From assembly GCA_963765675.1 (NCBI GenBank), contig CAVXXK010000001.1:27485-91484 (forward strand): a stretch of 64,000 nucleotides of DNA, in the 5' to 3' direction. Position 1 is the stretch's first letter. Each line of letters begins with the position of its first letter. Under the pieces are notes generated by a model. That model did not search any database, was not told the DNA's origin, and saw only the letters and a program-made list of their open reading frames with translations. The stretch comes from an uncultured delta proteobacterium (lineage in GTDB: Bacteria > Desulfobacterota > Binatia > Binatales > Binataceae). The position numbers and the translations under genes are program-made. Below are positions 16,504 to 26,036 of this stretch, in pieces.

Positions 16504-18165
16504 ATGAGCGCAATCACGGTTTTTCAGGCACGCAAGATCATCACGATGGATCCGGGCCGCCCGGCCGCGGACTCTATCGCGGTCAGAGACGGCCGAATCG
16601 TGTCGGTTGGCACGCGCGACTCGATCGGACCGTGGTTGCGGCGTTATGAACACGTATTCGACGACTCTTTCGCCGACCGGATCATCGTGCCGGGTTTCAT
16701 CGATCCGCATACTCACTTGAGCCAATCAGGCGGTTACATGCTGCTCAACTACGTCGGTCCGATACCGTCTCCGGGAGCCGAAGGAATAAATCCCGCGCTC
16801 CCGACTCGCGAGGCGGTGTGCAATCGGCTGCGCGAGCTGGATTTGGAGTTGAAGGATCCGGACGAGCCGCTGTTCGCCTGGGGCTACGACGCCGCGATGC
16901 AGGGTGGTCATCTGGATCGCGGCGCGCTCGACACGATCTCGAGCGAACGTCCGGTCTCGGTGCTCTCGTACGCACCGCACTTTGTGTACACGAACAGCGC
17001 GATGCTGCGGCTATTGGGGGCGACGCCGGAACTCAAGATTCACGGCGTCGGACGAACCGATGACGGGCGACTCAATGGTGTCTTCACCGAGATCGAGGCA
17101 ATCGGATATGCACTGGCGCCATTTCACGGAAAAATTCTGCGGCCCGAGCAGGCGCGGCAGGGACTTCGGCGGCTGGCTGACGTCGCCAAAGCCGCGGGCG
17201 TCACCACCACCGCCGATATGCTGTTCGGGATGAGAAATTTCGAATCCGAGTGGCGGACTCATCAAGAGGTCGTTGGCAACGAGTCGTTTCCGCTGCGGAT
17301 GCTGCTGGTGCCGTGGGAGGCGCCGATTCGAGAAAAGTTCGCCGCAGACCCAGGCTCATTCATGTCCGACCTCGAATCACGCGCGAGTGAGAAGCTTCGC
17401 TTTCACGGGGTCAAGTTTTTCAGCGACGGATCGTATCCTTCGATGTCGCTGCGGCTGAAGTACCCGGGTTATCTCGACGGCGGCAATGGACTGCGCGCCG
17501 ACATCCCATGGGATCAGCTCGCGCAGCGGATGTTGCCGTTCTGGAAAGCGGGCGTGCAAATTCATGCTCACGCCAACGGCGACGAAGCGATCGAGGCAGT
17601 GCTCGACGCACTTGCGCGCCTGCAATCAATCCATCCGCGCTTCGACCATCGCTTCACCATCGAGCATTACTGCATCAGCTCCCCCGACCAGGCCAGACGG
17701 CTGAAAGCGCTCGGCGGCCTCGCCAGCGTCAATCCATATTTCGTCCACTATCGAAGCCAACTTCATAGCGAGCACGGATTTGGGCCCGACCGCTCCGAGG
17801 CGACCGCGCGCCTGGGCTCGCTCGAACGCGAGGGGGTTATCTTCGCGCTGCATTCCGACTTCTCGCTCGTGGTGGCGCCGATACATCCATTGACGGCCGT
17901 CTGGATCGCGGTAAATCGAATCGCCGCTGATGGAACGACGGTCCAGGCGCCGGGCGAACGTATCGGAGTGGAGCGGGCATTTCGCGCGATCACGATCGAT
18001 GCGGCCTATGTGCTGGGGCTCGAACGCGAGCTCGGGAGCCTCGAAGCCGGCAAGCTCGCTGACTTCACGATCCTTGATGATGATCCGTTCACCTGCGACG
18101 TCAAATCGATTCACGAAATAGGGATTTGGGGCACGGTCCTGGCCGGCCGCAAACAACCGGCCTGA
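16504..18165 (+). CDS. Amidohydrolase family protein (Amidohydro_3-type metal-dependent hydrolase)
   Basis: 553 aa. …IVPGFIDPHTHLSQSGG… is the HxH metal-binding motif. It has C-terminal …HSDFSL… and …AVNR… regions typical of the family. Confidence 0.8.
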   Translation: MSAITVFQARKIITMDPGRPAADSIAVRDGRIVSVGTRDSIGPWLRRYEHVFDDSFADRIIVPGFIDPHTHLSQSGGYMLLNYVGPIPSPGAEGINPALPTREAVCNRLRELDLELKDPDEPLFAWGYDAAMQGGHLDRGALDTISSERPVSVLSYAPHFVYTNSAMLRLLGATPELKIHGVGRTDDGRLNGVFTEIEAIGYALAPFHGKILRPEQARQGLRRLADVAKAAGVTTTADMLFGMRNFESEWRTHQEVVGNESFPLRMLLVPWEAPIREKFAADPGSFMSDLESRASEKLRFHGVKFFSDGSYPSMSLRLKYPGYLDGGNGLRADIPWDQLAQRMLPFWKAGVQIHAHANGDEAIEAVLDALARLQSIHPRFDHRFTIEHYCISSPDQARRLKALGGLASVNPYFVHYRSQLHSEHGFGPDRSEATARLGSLEREGVIFALHSDFSLVVAPIHPLTAVWIAVNRIAADGTTVQAPGERIGVERAFRAITIDAAYVLGLERELGSLEAGKLADFTILDDDPFTCDVKSIHEIGIWGTVLAGRKQPA

Positions 18166-18256
18166 AAATCCTGAACAAATAAGAGGCGCGCGCCCGTGAG
18201 CCACCGTATGGGATTAGATTCTTCGGGGCGAGGATCTGTTCTCCGTTCGCGCGCGC

Positions 18257-19102
18257 CTATTTGATCGGCGGCAGAAAATCCGGGAAATCTTTCGACGGCT
18301 TCATCTTCCATGCTGGCTTGCGTTTTTGCAGGAACGCAGTGACGCCCTCATGCGAGTCCGGCTGCTTGCCGACCCACCAGAAGGCGTTCGAATCGACCGC
18401 CTGCGCCTTCTCGATACTGTCCTCGGCGAGCAGGCCCCACGTGAGCCGCTTGGTCATCGCGACGGAAACCGGCGCGGTATTCTCGGCGATATCGAGCGCC
18501 ATCTCGCGCACCTTGCCCATGAACTCCGCGTCGGGCCATACGTGGCTGACGATTCCGAACTCGAGCGCCTCTTTGGCGTTGATAATCTTCCCGGTCAGCA
18601 GCAGCTCGTTGGTTTTCGCAAGCCCGATCTGCCGCGCGACGGTCCACAGGCTCAGCGCCTCCGGGATAATTCCGCGGCGCACGAAAACGAACCCAATTCG
18701 CGCGCTCTCGGCCGCGACACGAATATCCCACTGCATCGGCAGCGTGATTCCCATTCCGACCGCTGGACCGTTGATCGCCGCGATGATCGGCTTCTTCATA
18801 TTCCAGGGACGCACCGCCGGACGCCGCGGCGTCTCGCCACGTTCGGCGCGTTTATCGGCGTTGAAAGTGTCGCCGCCGCCACCCGAAAGATCGGCGCCGG
18901 CGGAAAACGCGCGGCCCGCGCCAGTCACGACGATCACGCGCACGCTGTCGTCGCCATCAAGATCGGCGAACGCCTGGTAGAGTTCGCCACCCATCGCGGC
19001 GTTGAACGCATTAAGCTTCTCCGGCCGGTTGAGCGTGATCGTTGCCACGCTCTGCTTGATGTCGACGAGAATTGCTGTCTGAGCCATCGCACTAGCCTCC
19101 AA
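18257..19102 (-). CDS. Enoyl-CoA hydratase/isomerase (crotonase) family protein
   Basis: …ATITLNRPEKLNAFN…VIVVTGAGRAFSAGADLS… is the crotonase signature. The true start may be the Met at 19087 (MAQTAIL…). Confidence 0.85.
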   Translation of the reverse strand: MEASAMAQTAILVDIKQSVATITLNRPEKLNAFNAAMGGELYQAFADLDGDDSVRVIVVTGAGRAFSAGADLSGGGGDTFNADKRAERGETPRRPAVRPWNMKKPIIAAINGPAVGMGITLPMQWDIRVAAESARIGFVFVRRGIIPEALSLWTVARQIGLAKTNELLLTGKIINAKEALEFGIVSHVWPDAEFMGKVREMALDIAENTAPVSVAMTKRLTWGLLAEDSIEKAQAVDSNAFWWVGKQPDSHEGVTAFLQKRKPAWKMKPSKDFPDFLPPIK

Positions 19103-19318
19103 TATGATCGCGCCCGCCCTGTCCCGCTTATACCGCGCATCGGCGGCGCTCGAAAAGCCGCAGCGTCCGGGATTCCTCGCGCGCCAGCCACGCGCGGGAA
19201 TGACACGCGAACTGCTTCACACGATCTCAGATCCACCGCCTCTTCGTAGGACCGCGCCGAGACGCGCCCTTCTGATGACATCCCGTTAGTACGCCACTAC
19301 AATCGCATTCGAACGGAT

Positions 19319-19828
19319 TTGCAGGATGCGGAGCACGCAACCGACGATCATCTCACCGCAAGAATCCTCGGTGCTGAAGCCAAGTTGAAAATACAAACGG
19401 CACAGGCGATCGGCTTTCTGGTTGGCGCGGTGGGGGGACTGGTGGGGTTTTCACCGGCCAGCCGAATTGGAGCGGTGCTGTGGGGATTTCCCCCCACTAG
19501 TCGCGGGGGTTGGATGGCCGTCTCGGTCGTTATTCTAAGCCTTGCGACCGCCCATGGGATCGCCGCGATCTTAGCGTTGAACCAGCGACCGGCAGATTGG
19601 CACGGCAGCTTCCGGTCTCAATGGCGCCAGCTTCGGCAGGTCACCGACAAGTGCTCGTTGGGTTTCTTCCTGGCGGTGTTGGGGTGGCTTACGTACAACA
19701 GATTCACGGGCGACATATCGACAGAAAACTTTGTTGTGTCAGGTTCAATATTCCTTCTGATCGTGCTGTTTCTAGGCGGCGGGGTGAACAGCTTTCTGCC
19801 GCATCGACGAGAGAGGGTGCGACGGTGA
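19319..19828 (+). CDS. Hypothetical membrane protein (lower-GC segment)
   Basis: 169 aa with several hydrophobic helices (…AIGFLVGAVGGLVGF…, …FLAVLGWLTYNRF…, …IFLLIVLFLGGG…). No recognisable domain. The region 19300-20080 is AT-richer than its surroundings. Confidence 0.35.
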   Translation: MQDAEHATDDHLTARILGAEAKLKIQTAQAIGFLVGAVGGLVGFSPASRIGAVLWGFPPTSRGGWMAVSVVILSLATAHGIAAILALNQRPADWHGSFRSQWRQLRQVTDKCSLGFFLAVLGWLTYNRFTGDISTENFVVSGSIFLLIVLFLGGGVNSFLPHRRERVRR

Positions 19829-20079
19829 CGCAAAACTTCCTGTCTATAGTACTTCTTTTCGCGGTCGCCGCATTTTCCGCCGTGCTCTGGTATGGCACCT
19901 ATCGGCGATGGCGAGGGCTATGCGACCCTCCTGTCAAAGCTTGGTACTTCTATTCGCACTCCGCGATCAAAAAATTCTTTGGATCGCGAGCAGTCGTTGC
20001 TTTCAACTATTTCCTGGTTTTGTGGGGTATCGGATTCTGCGTGATCATCGTGGTGTCGCTGCTCCACCCGTCGCGCTGA
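19825..20079 (+). CDS. Hypothetical small membrane protein
   Basis: GTG at 19825 overlaps the upstream stop (GTGA). …TQNFLSIVLLFAVAAFSAVLWYGTYRRW…FFGSRAVVAFNYFLVLWGIGFCVIIVVSLL… is hydrophobic. The part of the track ORF upstream of this start is Arg-rich junk. Confidence 0.3.
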   Translation: MTQNFLSIVLLFAVAAFSAVLWYGTYRRWRGLCDPPVKAWYFYSHSAIKKFFGSRAVVAFNYFLVLWGIGFCVIIVVSLLHPSR

Positions 20080-20095
20080 GCGGTTTCCCCTAAAA

Positions 20096-20578
20096 CTACT
20101 TGGTGAATTCGATTGGCTGGCCGCAGGCGTTGCCGCCGGCGTTGTAGTCGTAGACCATCCGGCCGCCATAGTCGGCGCCGCGCGCGAGTACTGCGCACAT
20201 CACCAGCAGGCCTACAAGGAATGCCCACCGAAACCGCGAGGGCATCGGGCGCGCCGCGAGCGCCCAGATTGTCAACGCGGCGGCGATCACGCCGGTTGCG
20301 ATCATCAGATGCTCATGATGCTCGAGCAGCGCGGTGCGCACCGACTCGGCGATCATCACGCCTTCGCCCGCTTCTAGGCCGGTTGCGATCGCCACGGCGC
20401 CGCCCACCGCGCCGAGTATCAGCGACCAGAACGCCGCCCACTTGAGCGACTCGCTGCCGATAGCTGCGGCAAGAAAGTACAGGAGCGCCGCACCACACAG
20501 AAACGCGATCGGAAAATGAACTACGATCGGGTGAAAGTTCTGTAGATGCGACGCTCCGGGAAAGACCCGTTCGAGCAA
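20096..20578 (-). CDS. DUF2231-like integral membrane protein
   Basis: …NFHPIVVHFPIAFLCGAALLYFLAA… is the characteristic DUF2231 N-terminal helix. It has 4 TM segments. Confidence 0.55.
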   Translation of the reverse strand: MLERVFPGASHLQNFHPIVVHFPIAFLCGAALLYFLAAAIGSESLKWAAFWSLILGAVGGAVAIATGLEAGEGVMIAESVRTALLEHHEHLMIATGVIAAALTIWALAARPMPSRFRWAFLVGLLVMCAVLARGADYGGRMVYDYNAGGNACGQPIEFTK

Positions 20579-20582
20579 ACCC

Positions 20583-20948
20583 TTACTTCACGGAATCGAC
20601 GGTCAGGAAATTCACGCCGCCCTTGCTGTATTCCTTGCCCGACACGGTGACCGTGTCTTCCATCTTGCTGATGACGTCGTCGGGCAGTGACTGCGCGTTC
20701 TTGGCCGGGAGCAGGATGTAGATCTTCTTGGTGTCCGATTCGACCAGCGAAACCGGGATTCCCGCCTTGGCGCATCCGATCGCGCACTTCTGATGGCTCG
20801 CGCCGTGCGCGCCCATCGTGCCGTAGCAGAAGCTGTCCTCGAGCGTGCCGGTTACCGACTTAGAGGTTCCGGTCTCCGCCGCCATCGCTACCGACGCGAG
20901 GCCGACTGACAGTATCAAGCCCAGACCAGCAATAAGAAATCGTTTCAT
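20583..20948 (-). CDS. Small secreted protein of unknown function (Cys-containing; possibly a metal/redox partner of the DUF2231 protein)
   Basis: MKRFLIAGLGLILSVGLASVAMAAE is a signal peptide. …CYGTMGAHGASHQKCAIGCAKAG… Its stop is 4 nt from the downstream gene start, so it is probably co-transcribed. Confidence 0.45.
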   Translation of the reverse strand: MKRFLIAGLGLILSVGLASVAMAAETGTSKSVTGTLEDSFCYGTMGAHGASHQKCAIGCAKAGIPVSLVESDTKKIYILLPAKNAQSLPDDVISKMEDTVTVSGKEYSKGGVNFLTVDSVK

Positions 20949-21098
20949 GAGAGTCCTCCCAGGTTACTTGCCCAGCTACTTGTTTGTCGCGACAACGCCC
21001 GCAAAGGCGCCTCAAACTCAAAGCGGAACTCGGATGCGGGTAACTCGTCGATTATTGCGGAAATGGGGCCTTCCCGCCAAGAGAGAAGATTGCGCTCT

Positions 21099-22025
21099 TT
21101 AACGGCGCGCCGAGGGCGCTTCGACCCGCGGATCGACTTCGCCGATCATCTCGCGCCATCGCGCGCGCTTGCCGGCACTGCGCGGACGCGCGCCGAGCTT
21201 CACCAAATGATGCTCGAGGACCTCTTTCAGATCCTCGGCCAGGCGCTCGATCTCGACTTCCTCGGGCATCTTGGGACGTGGTTGTCCCTCGGTCAGGCCT
21301 CCGCGCCGCCGTCCATAGAGCTGCTGGAGCCGCAACTCCGCCTTCGCCAGCATCGCCTTGTACTTGTAATCAAGCCGGCTCAGATCTTCGGACAGATTCG
21401 CGAGCGCCACATAGCGCCGGCGCATCCGCCACCATTCGAACAGTGTGACGATCATCACCCCGAACATCAGCACCGCCGCGACGGTGGTTGAAACCGCAGT
21501 CGCGCGCCACCACGGCATTATTCGCAGGCTCGAGGTCAGGGATTGGTTGTCTTCGCCCAGCTCCTGATTCTTTTCCTGCAGCGCGTTCAGATCGTGCTGC
21601 TCGGTTTCGGCCTTCTGCTCGGCGGTCTGCGCCTCGGCGGCAAGCGAATCGATCTGCTTTTGCATCGATTTCGCCTGCGCTTCGTACGGATTGGGCACTT
21701 TCAACTCGTCGCCGGCAATTAGTTCCTCGTCGGGACTGATCCGATTTGTATGCGCCAATTGCTCGGCCGTGAGCCCGAACATCGCCGCGACGGTTCCGAG
21801 CGTGTCGCCCGGACGAATCGTGTACGGAATGATCGCGCGCGGATGCGGCGGCGGTTTTGGCGCGGTGTCGGCCGCGGCGGCTGGTGCGGCAGGAGCGCTC
21901 GACGCCGGAATATCTTCGTCGGAGAAGCTGCCGCTCTGCGCGAACGCGGGCGCAGCTATAGCGAAGGCAAGAATCGCCGCGAGGCAGATTCGCGAGGTTT
22001 TATCGATTATCCGTAGCGCGGGCAT
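21099..22025 (-). CDS. LysM domain protein with coiled-coil and TM segment
   Basis: Signal peptide MPALRIIDKTSRICLAAILAFAIAAPAFAQ. The LysM domain reads …YTIRPGDTLGTVAAMFGLTAEQLAHTNRISPDEELIAGDELKVP…. A Gln/Glu-rich coiled coil follows, then the TM helix …AVSTTVAAVLMFGVMIVTLF…. Confidence 0.8.
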   Translation of the reverse strand: MPALRIIDKTSRICLAAILAFAIAAPAFAQSGSFSDEDIPASSAPAAPAAAADTAPKPPPHPRAIIPYTIRPGDTLGTVAAMFGLTAEQLAHTNRISPDEELIAGDELKVPNPYEAQAKSMQKQIDSLAAEAQTAEQKAETEQHDLNALQEKNQELGEDNQSLTSSLRIMPWWRATAVSTTVAAVLMFGVMIVTLFEWWRMRRRYVALANLSEDLSRLDYKYKAMLAKAELRLQQLYGRRRGGLTEGQPRPKMPEEVEIERLAEDLKEVLEHHLVKLGARPRSAGKRARWREMIGEVDPRVEAPSARR

Positions 22026-22159
22026 AAAGCGCCACCGGGGGGCTTGACAAACAGGCTATTATAAGCGCGCAGCTAAGCAAATGGGTTAATTTTGCGCCAG
22101 TTCATCGGGGCGTAACTATCGGATGGCGCCGCCGAAAGTGCCATTGGCACGCAAGCGGC

Positions 22160-22348
22160 GCGCCTGCCGATACCCTCTCCCACCGGGAGAGGGCGACGCG
22201 GCGCGATGCTTGCGATTCTTTTTCGCAAGCATCGTGACGCGTGGGTGAGGGTGCTGCTCCGCTCTTCACTTTTATAATCGCGCGGCGCTGCGCGCCGCGC
22301 TGAATAAGGTCCCTCACCTAACCTCTCCCATACTGGGCGAGGAATCAG
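22160..22348 (-). repeat. Structured dispersed repeat, copy 2 of 3 (inverted relative to copy 1)
   Basis: The reverse complement matches 6714-6885 almost base for base. It contains an additional palindrome CCCTCTCCCACCGGGAGAGGG. Confidence 0.85.
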
Positions 22349-22376
22349 ACGGCGGATGCGCGTGCCGGAGGCGTGG

Positions 22377-23345
22377 TCATCGATGCGCGGGGTTCATCGC
22401 CGCGTAGGCGGCGCCTACTACGCCGCCGATCGGGCCTAGCGCTGCGCGGACGATTCGCGCCTGAGCGGCGATCGCGGTGAAGGCGCGCAGGCGAACCTCG
22501 GCGGTCATCGTTTTGCGCATGTAGGGAAGCGCTCCCGCGACTCCTCCGCCGATCACAACCAGGTCGGGATTGAAGACGTTCAGCAGCGACGCGATCGCGA
22601 TCCCCAGGTAGCGTCCCGACGCCGCAAACGTCTCGAGTGCGAGCCGATCGTGCGCGCGTGCACAAACCGTCATCGCGCGCACGCTAAAATTTCCGTCGGC
22701 ATCGAGATACTTCGCCGGAATTCTCCTGCGCGCGCCGATCCGCCGCGCGACCAGCCCGCGTATCCCGCTCGACGACGCGTACGCCTCGACGCATCCGCGC
22801 GATCCGCAATCGCACGGCATCCCGTCCGGCTCGACCGTGATATGGCCCATCTCGCCCGCCATCCCGCTGCGTCCGTGAAAGATCTTTCCGCCGACGATCA
22901 GCCCGCCGCCGATTCCGGTGCCGAGCGTCAGCAACACAACGTCGCGATGACCCCGCGCGGCGCCGCGCCAGAACTCGCCGAGCGCCCACGCGTTGGCGTC
23001 GTTCTCGACCACGACGCGCCTGCCGAGTTCCGCTTCGAGCTTCGCTCTGAGTGGAAATGCGCGCCACGCCTTGACGTGCGGCGCCGCCATCACGATGCCC
23101 TGGTAGACGTCGAGCGGACCGGGAACGGCGACTCCGATCGCGCCCGGCGCGCCCATCCCGCGCCGTCTCGCGTCGGCTTCGAGCGCGCGAACCTGCCGCG
23201 CGATATTCGACGCGACCGCAGGTCCATTCGAGTCCGCCTGCGACGGCGCGCGCCGCATGAACAGCACGCGGCCGTCGTGCGATACTGCGGCGCAGCGGAT
23301 ATTGGTTCCGCCCATGTCGAGTCCGATCACGTAGCGCGCAGGCAT
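22377..23345 (-). CDS. ROK family protein (sugar kinase / NagC-like)
   Basis: MPARYVIGLDMGGTNIRCAAV… matches the ROK N-terminus. …VVENDANAWALGE… and …CDCGSRGC… form the ROK zinc motif. Confidence 0.85.
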   Translation of the reverse strand: MPARYVIGLDMGGTNIRCAAVSHDGRVLFMRRAPSQADSNGPAVASNIARQVRALEADARRRGMGAPGAIGVAVPGPLDVYQGIVMAAPHVKAWRAFPLRAKLEAELGRRVVVENDANAWALGEFWRGAARGHRDVVLLTLGTGIGGGLIVGGKIFHGRSGMAGEMGHITVEPDGMPCDCGSRGCVEAYASSSGIRGLVARRIGARRRIPAKYLDADGNFSVRAMTVCARAHDRLALETFAASGRYLGIAIASLLNVFNPDLVVIGGGVAGALPYMRKTMTAEVRLRAFTAIAAQARIVRAALGPIGGVVGAAYAAMNPAHR

Positions 23346-23406
23346 AGCTCCTCTTCTCACCACGCCGCTCCAGCGCCGCGGGATTTTCATCGTTCGATCC
23401 GTGCGG

Positions 23407-24138
23407 TTATCGCCGCATCACCGCCAGGTACTCGCGATTCCCCTTCGCGCCCTCGATCGGCGATTCGAGCGGGCCGTCAACCGCAAGTCCGAGACCGCGA
23501 GCGAATTCGATGATCCCCGCGACCGCTGCGATCCGCACCGTATCGTCGCGCACGATTCCGCCCTTGCCGACTTTTCCCTTGCCGACTTCGAACTGCGGCT
23601 TGATAAGCGCGATAACTTCGGCCTTTGGGGCGGCAAGTGCAAGCACCGCCGGAATCACGAGTTTCAGCGAGATGAAGCTCGCGTCGATCGTCACGAGTTC
23701 CGGCGCATACGGAAGCTCGCCGGGATTGACGCGCCGAATATTCGTCCGGTCGAGGACGGTCACGCGCGGATCGACGCGCAGGCGTTCGAGAATCTGCCCG
23801 TAGCCGACGTCGAGTGCGATCACGTGCGCCGCGCCGCGCTTGAGCAGCACGTCGGTGAAGCCTCCCGTCGATGCGCCGACATCGAGCGCCCGGCGGCCCT
23901 CAACCGGCACCGCAAAATGATCGAGTGCCGCGATAAGTTTGTGCGCGCCGCGGCTCGCCCACTCGGGCGGCCCGGCCAACACGACGATCTCGGCCTCCGC
24001 GGTGACGCGCTGATCGGGTTTACCGGCGGGACGCGAGTTCACGCGCACGCGCCCCGCCATGATGAGCCGCTGCGCAGCCTCGCGGCTGGGCGCAAGTCCG
24101 CGCCGCGCCATCGCCGAGTCCAGCCGCTCACGCGTCAT
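23407..24138 (-). CDS. tlyA: TlyA family rRNA (cytidine-2'-O)-methyltransferase
   Basis: S4 domain …RLDSAMARRGLAPSREAAQRLIMAGRVRVN…. FtsJ-like MTase …ALDVGASTGGFTDVLLKRGAAHVIALDVGYGQ…. Confidence 0.85.
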   Translation of the reverse strand: MTRERLDSAMARRGLAPSREAAQRLIMAGRVRVNSRPAGKPDQRVTAEAEIVVLAGPPEWASRGAHKLIAALDHFAVPVEGRRALDVGASTGGFTDVLLKRGAAHVIALDVGYGQILERLRVDPRVTVLDRTNIRRVNPGELPYAPELVTIDASFISLKLVIPAVLALAAPKAEVIALIKPQFEVGKGKVGKGGIVRDDTVRIAAVAGIIEFARGLGLAVDGPLESPIEGAKGNREYLAVMRR

Positions 24139-24187
24139 CGTCGGAAGCCTCGGCGCGCGCACGAAATCGCGATAGAAGCTGCGCTAT

Positions 24188-24466
24188 TCAGAACGGAATA
24201 TCGTCGTCGTCAACAGGGGCCCGGCGCGGGGCGGGTTCGCCGTCGTCGAGCAGGCCGGTTGCGAGCTTGCCCTCGGCGTCGCGGGTCAGTACTTCGACTT
24301 TGCGTTCGACCTCGTCGAGTTTCTGGCTGAGCGACTTGACCAGCGCGACGCCGCGCTCGAATGCGCCGATCGATTCGTCGAGCGAGAGCTCTCCGGAATC
24401 GATCTGGTTGACAATCGTCTCGAGGTCTTTCAATTCGTCTTCGAATTTGTTCGTCTTCGCAACCAT
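24188..24466 (-). CDS. xseB: Exodeoxyribonuclease VII small subunit
   Basis: …FEDELKDLETIVNQIDSGELSLDESIGAFERGVALVKSLSQKLDEVERKVEVL… is the XseB signature. Confidence 0.9.
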   Translation of the reverse strand: MVAKTNKFEDELKDLETIVNQIDSGELSLDESIGAFERGVALVKSLSQKLDEVERKVEVLTRDAEGKLATGLLDDGEPAPRRAPVDDDDIPF

Positions 24467-24488
24467 CGAGAGTCTCCCGAAGATCTCG

Positions 24489-25796
24489 TTAATTTCTTCG
24501 CGCAGTTACGCGCGCCGTGAGGCTGCCGTGCATCAGCCTTATGTCCAGTTCGTCGCCCAGCTCGACCGCTGCCGAATCGACAACCACTTTCGCGGTGCGC
24601 AGATCGGTGACGACGGCGTATCCGCGCTCGAGCACCTTGAGCGGCGACATCGAATCCATCCGGCCGGCGAGCTCTGCTACCCGAGATCGCCCCGCCGCGA
24701 TCGTTTTCGCGCCTGCCGCCGCGAGCCTTTGTGCGAGGGCATTTGCGGCGAGTTCATCTTCACGCGCCCGCGTGCGCATCGCACGCGCCAGCGAGAGCAC
24801 GGCGCGCGCGAGATTCTCGCGCGCCTCGATGAGCATCGCACCCGGATGCCGCAGCCTGACCGTGAGATCGTCGAGCGTCTCGCGTAGGCCGTCGAGCGTC
24901 CGCTCCATCGCAACCGACAGCGACTCAGCCGCGGCGGCGACGCGTTCGGCGAGTTCGGCCTTGGCCGCGATCACCATCTGCGCGGCGGCGGTCGGCGTGG
25001 GCGCGCGAACGTCGGCCACGAAATCGGCAATCGTGTAGTCGATCTCGTGGCCGACGGCCGAGATGATCGGAATTACGGAACGAGCTATCGCGCGCGCGAC
25101 GATCTCTTCGTTAAACGCCCACAAATCTTCGAGCGAGCCGCCGCCGCGGCCGACGATCAGCACATGGGCGCGGCCGTCGCGGTTGAGATCGTCGATCGCC
25201 TCGGCGATGTCACTCGCCGCGAATTCGCCCTGCACGATCGCGGGGCGGAAAATCAGATGACGGTCGGGATAACGATCACCGAGCACGCGCAGGATATCGC
25301 GCAAACCGGCGCCCGAGCGCGCGGTGACGATTCCGATCACCGTCGGCAAAAACGGAATCGGGCGTTTGCGTTCGGCGGCGAACAGGCCCTCAGCTTCGAG
25401 CCGCTTCTTGAGCTGCTCGAAGGCGAGCTGCAGTGCGCCCGCGCCGCGCGGCTCGACCGCGTCGGCGATAACCTGCAACTGGCCGCGCGCCTCGAACAGG
25501 TTTGCGCGCCCTCGCACCAGGATCGCCATCCCGTCAGCGACGCGGAATTTGGTCCTCGCGTACGCGCTCTTGAACATCACGACGCTGATCGAGCTGCGGT
25601 CATCCTTGAGCGTGAAATAGAGATGCCCGGAGCCGGGGATGCGCGTGTTCGAGACCTCGCCGGTCACCCAGAATTCATCGAGGCTGGCTTCGAGGGTGCC
25701 GCTGATGAGCCGCACCAGCTCGGTGACGCCGAGCGCCTTGCGCGGCGCGGGAGCCGCGGGCGGCAGCGTCAAATTGAGTTGTGCGTCGGTCGGCAT
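24489..25796 (-). CDS. xseA: Exodeoxyribonuclease VII large subunit
   Basis: OB-fold N-terminus …VTELVRLISGTLEASLDEFWVTGEVSNTRIPGSGHLYFTLKD… and catalytic region …IVTARSGAGLRDILRVLGDRYP…VGRGGGSLEDLWAFNEE…. Confidence 0.9.
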   Translation of the reverse strand: MPTDAQLNLTLPPAAPAPRKALGVTELVRLISGTLEASLDEFWVTGEVSNTRIPGSGHLYFTLKDDRSSISVVMFKSAYARTKFRVADGMAILVRGRANLFEARGQLQVIADAVEPRGAGALQLAFEQLKKRLEAEGLFAAERKRPIPFLPTVIGIVTARSGAGLRDILRVLGDRYPDRHLIFRPAIVQGEFAASDIAEAIDDLNRDGRAHVLIVGRGGGSLEDLWAFNEEIVARAIARSVIPIISAVGHEIDYTIADFVADVRAPTPTAAAQMVIAAKAELAERVAAAAESLSVAMERTLDGLRETLDDLTVRLRHPGAMLIEARENLARAVLSLARAMRTRAREDELAANALAQRLAAAGAKTIAAGRSRVAELAGRMDSMSPLKVLERGYAVVTDLRTAKVVVDSAAVELGDELDIRLMHGSLTARVTARRN

Positions 25797-26036
25797 ATGG
25801 GCAGAGCGCGATTACGCATCGTTCGCCCTAAACTTACCAGATGAGACAAGTGCACTCCTACTGGGATAGCGACTCTGATGTGTCATTCCCGCGCGCGTTG
25901 CTGCCGCGTGCGAGGAGTCCCGGATCTCTTGCGATTACGGCAGACACGCCGCCGGTTGAAGACTTGCGGCGTTCGCAGAGTCCGGGCTTTCTCCCTTCGG
26001 TCGAAATGACGAATCGAGTCTCACTGGGCAGCAAAG

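Noticed and set aside
25797-26036. Possible ncRNA or riboswitch in the xseA upstream / ACAD downstream intergenic region
   Set aside because: Only a short GGCAG…CTGCC hairpin without a U-tract and no recognisable riboswitch consensus. The evidence is insufficient.
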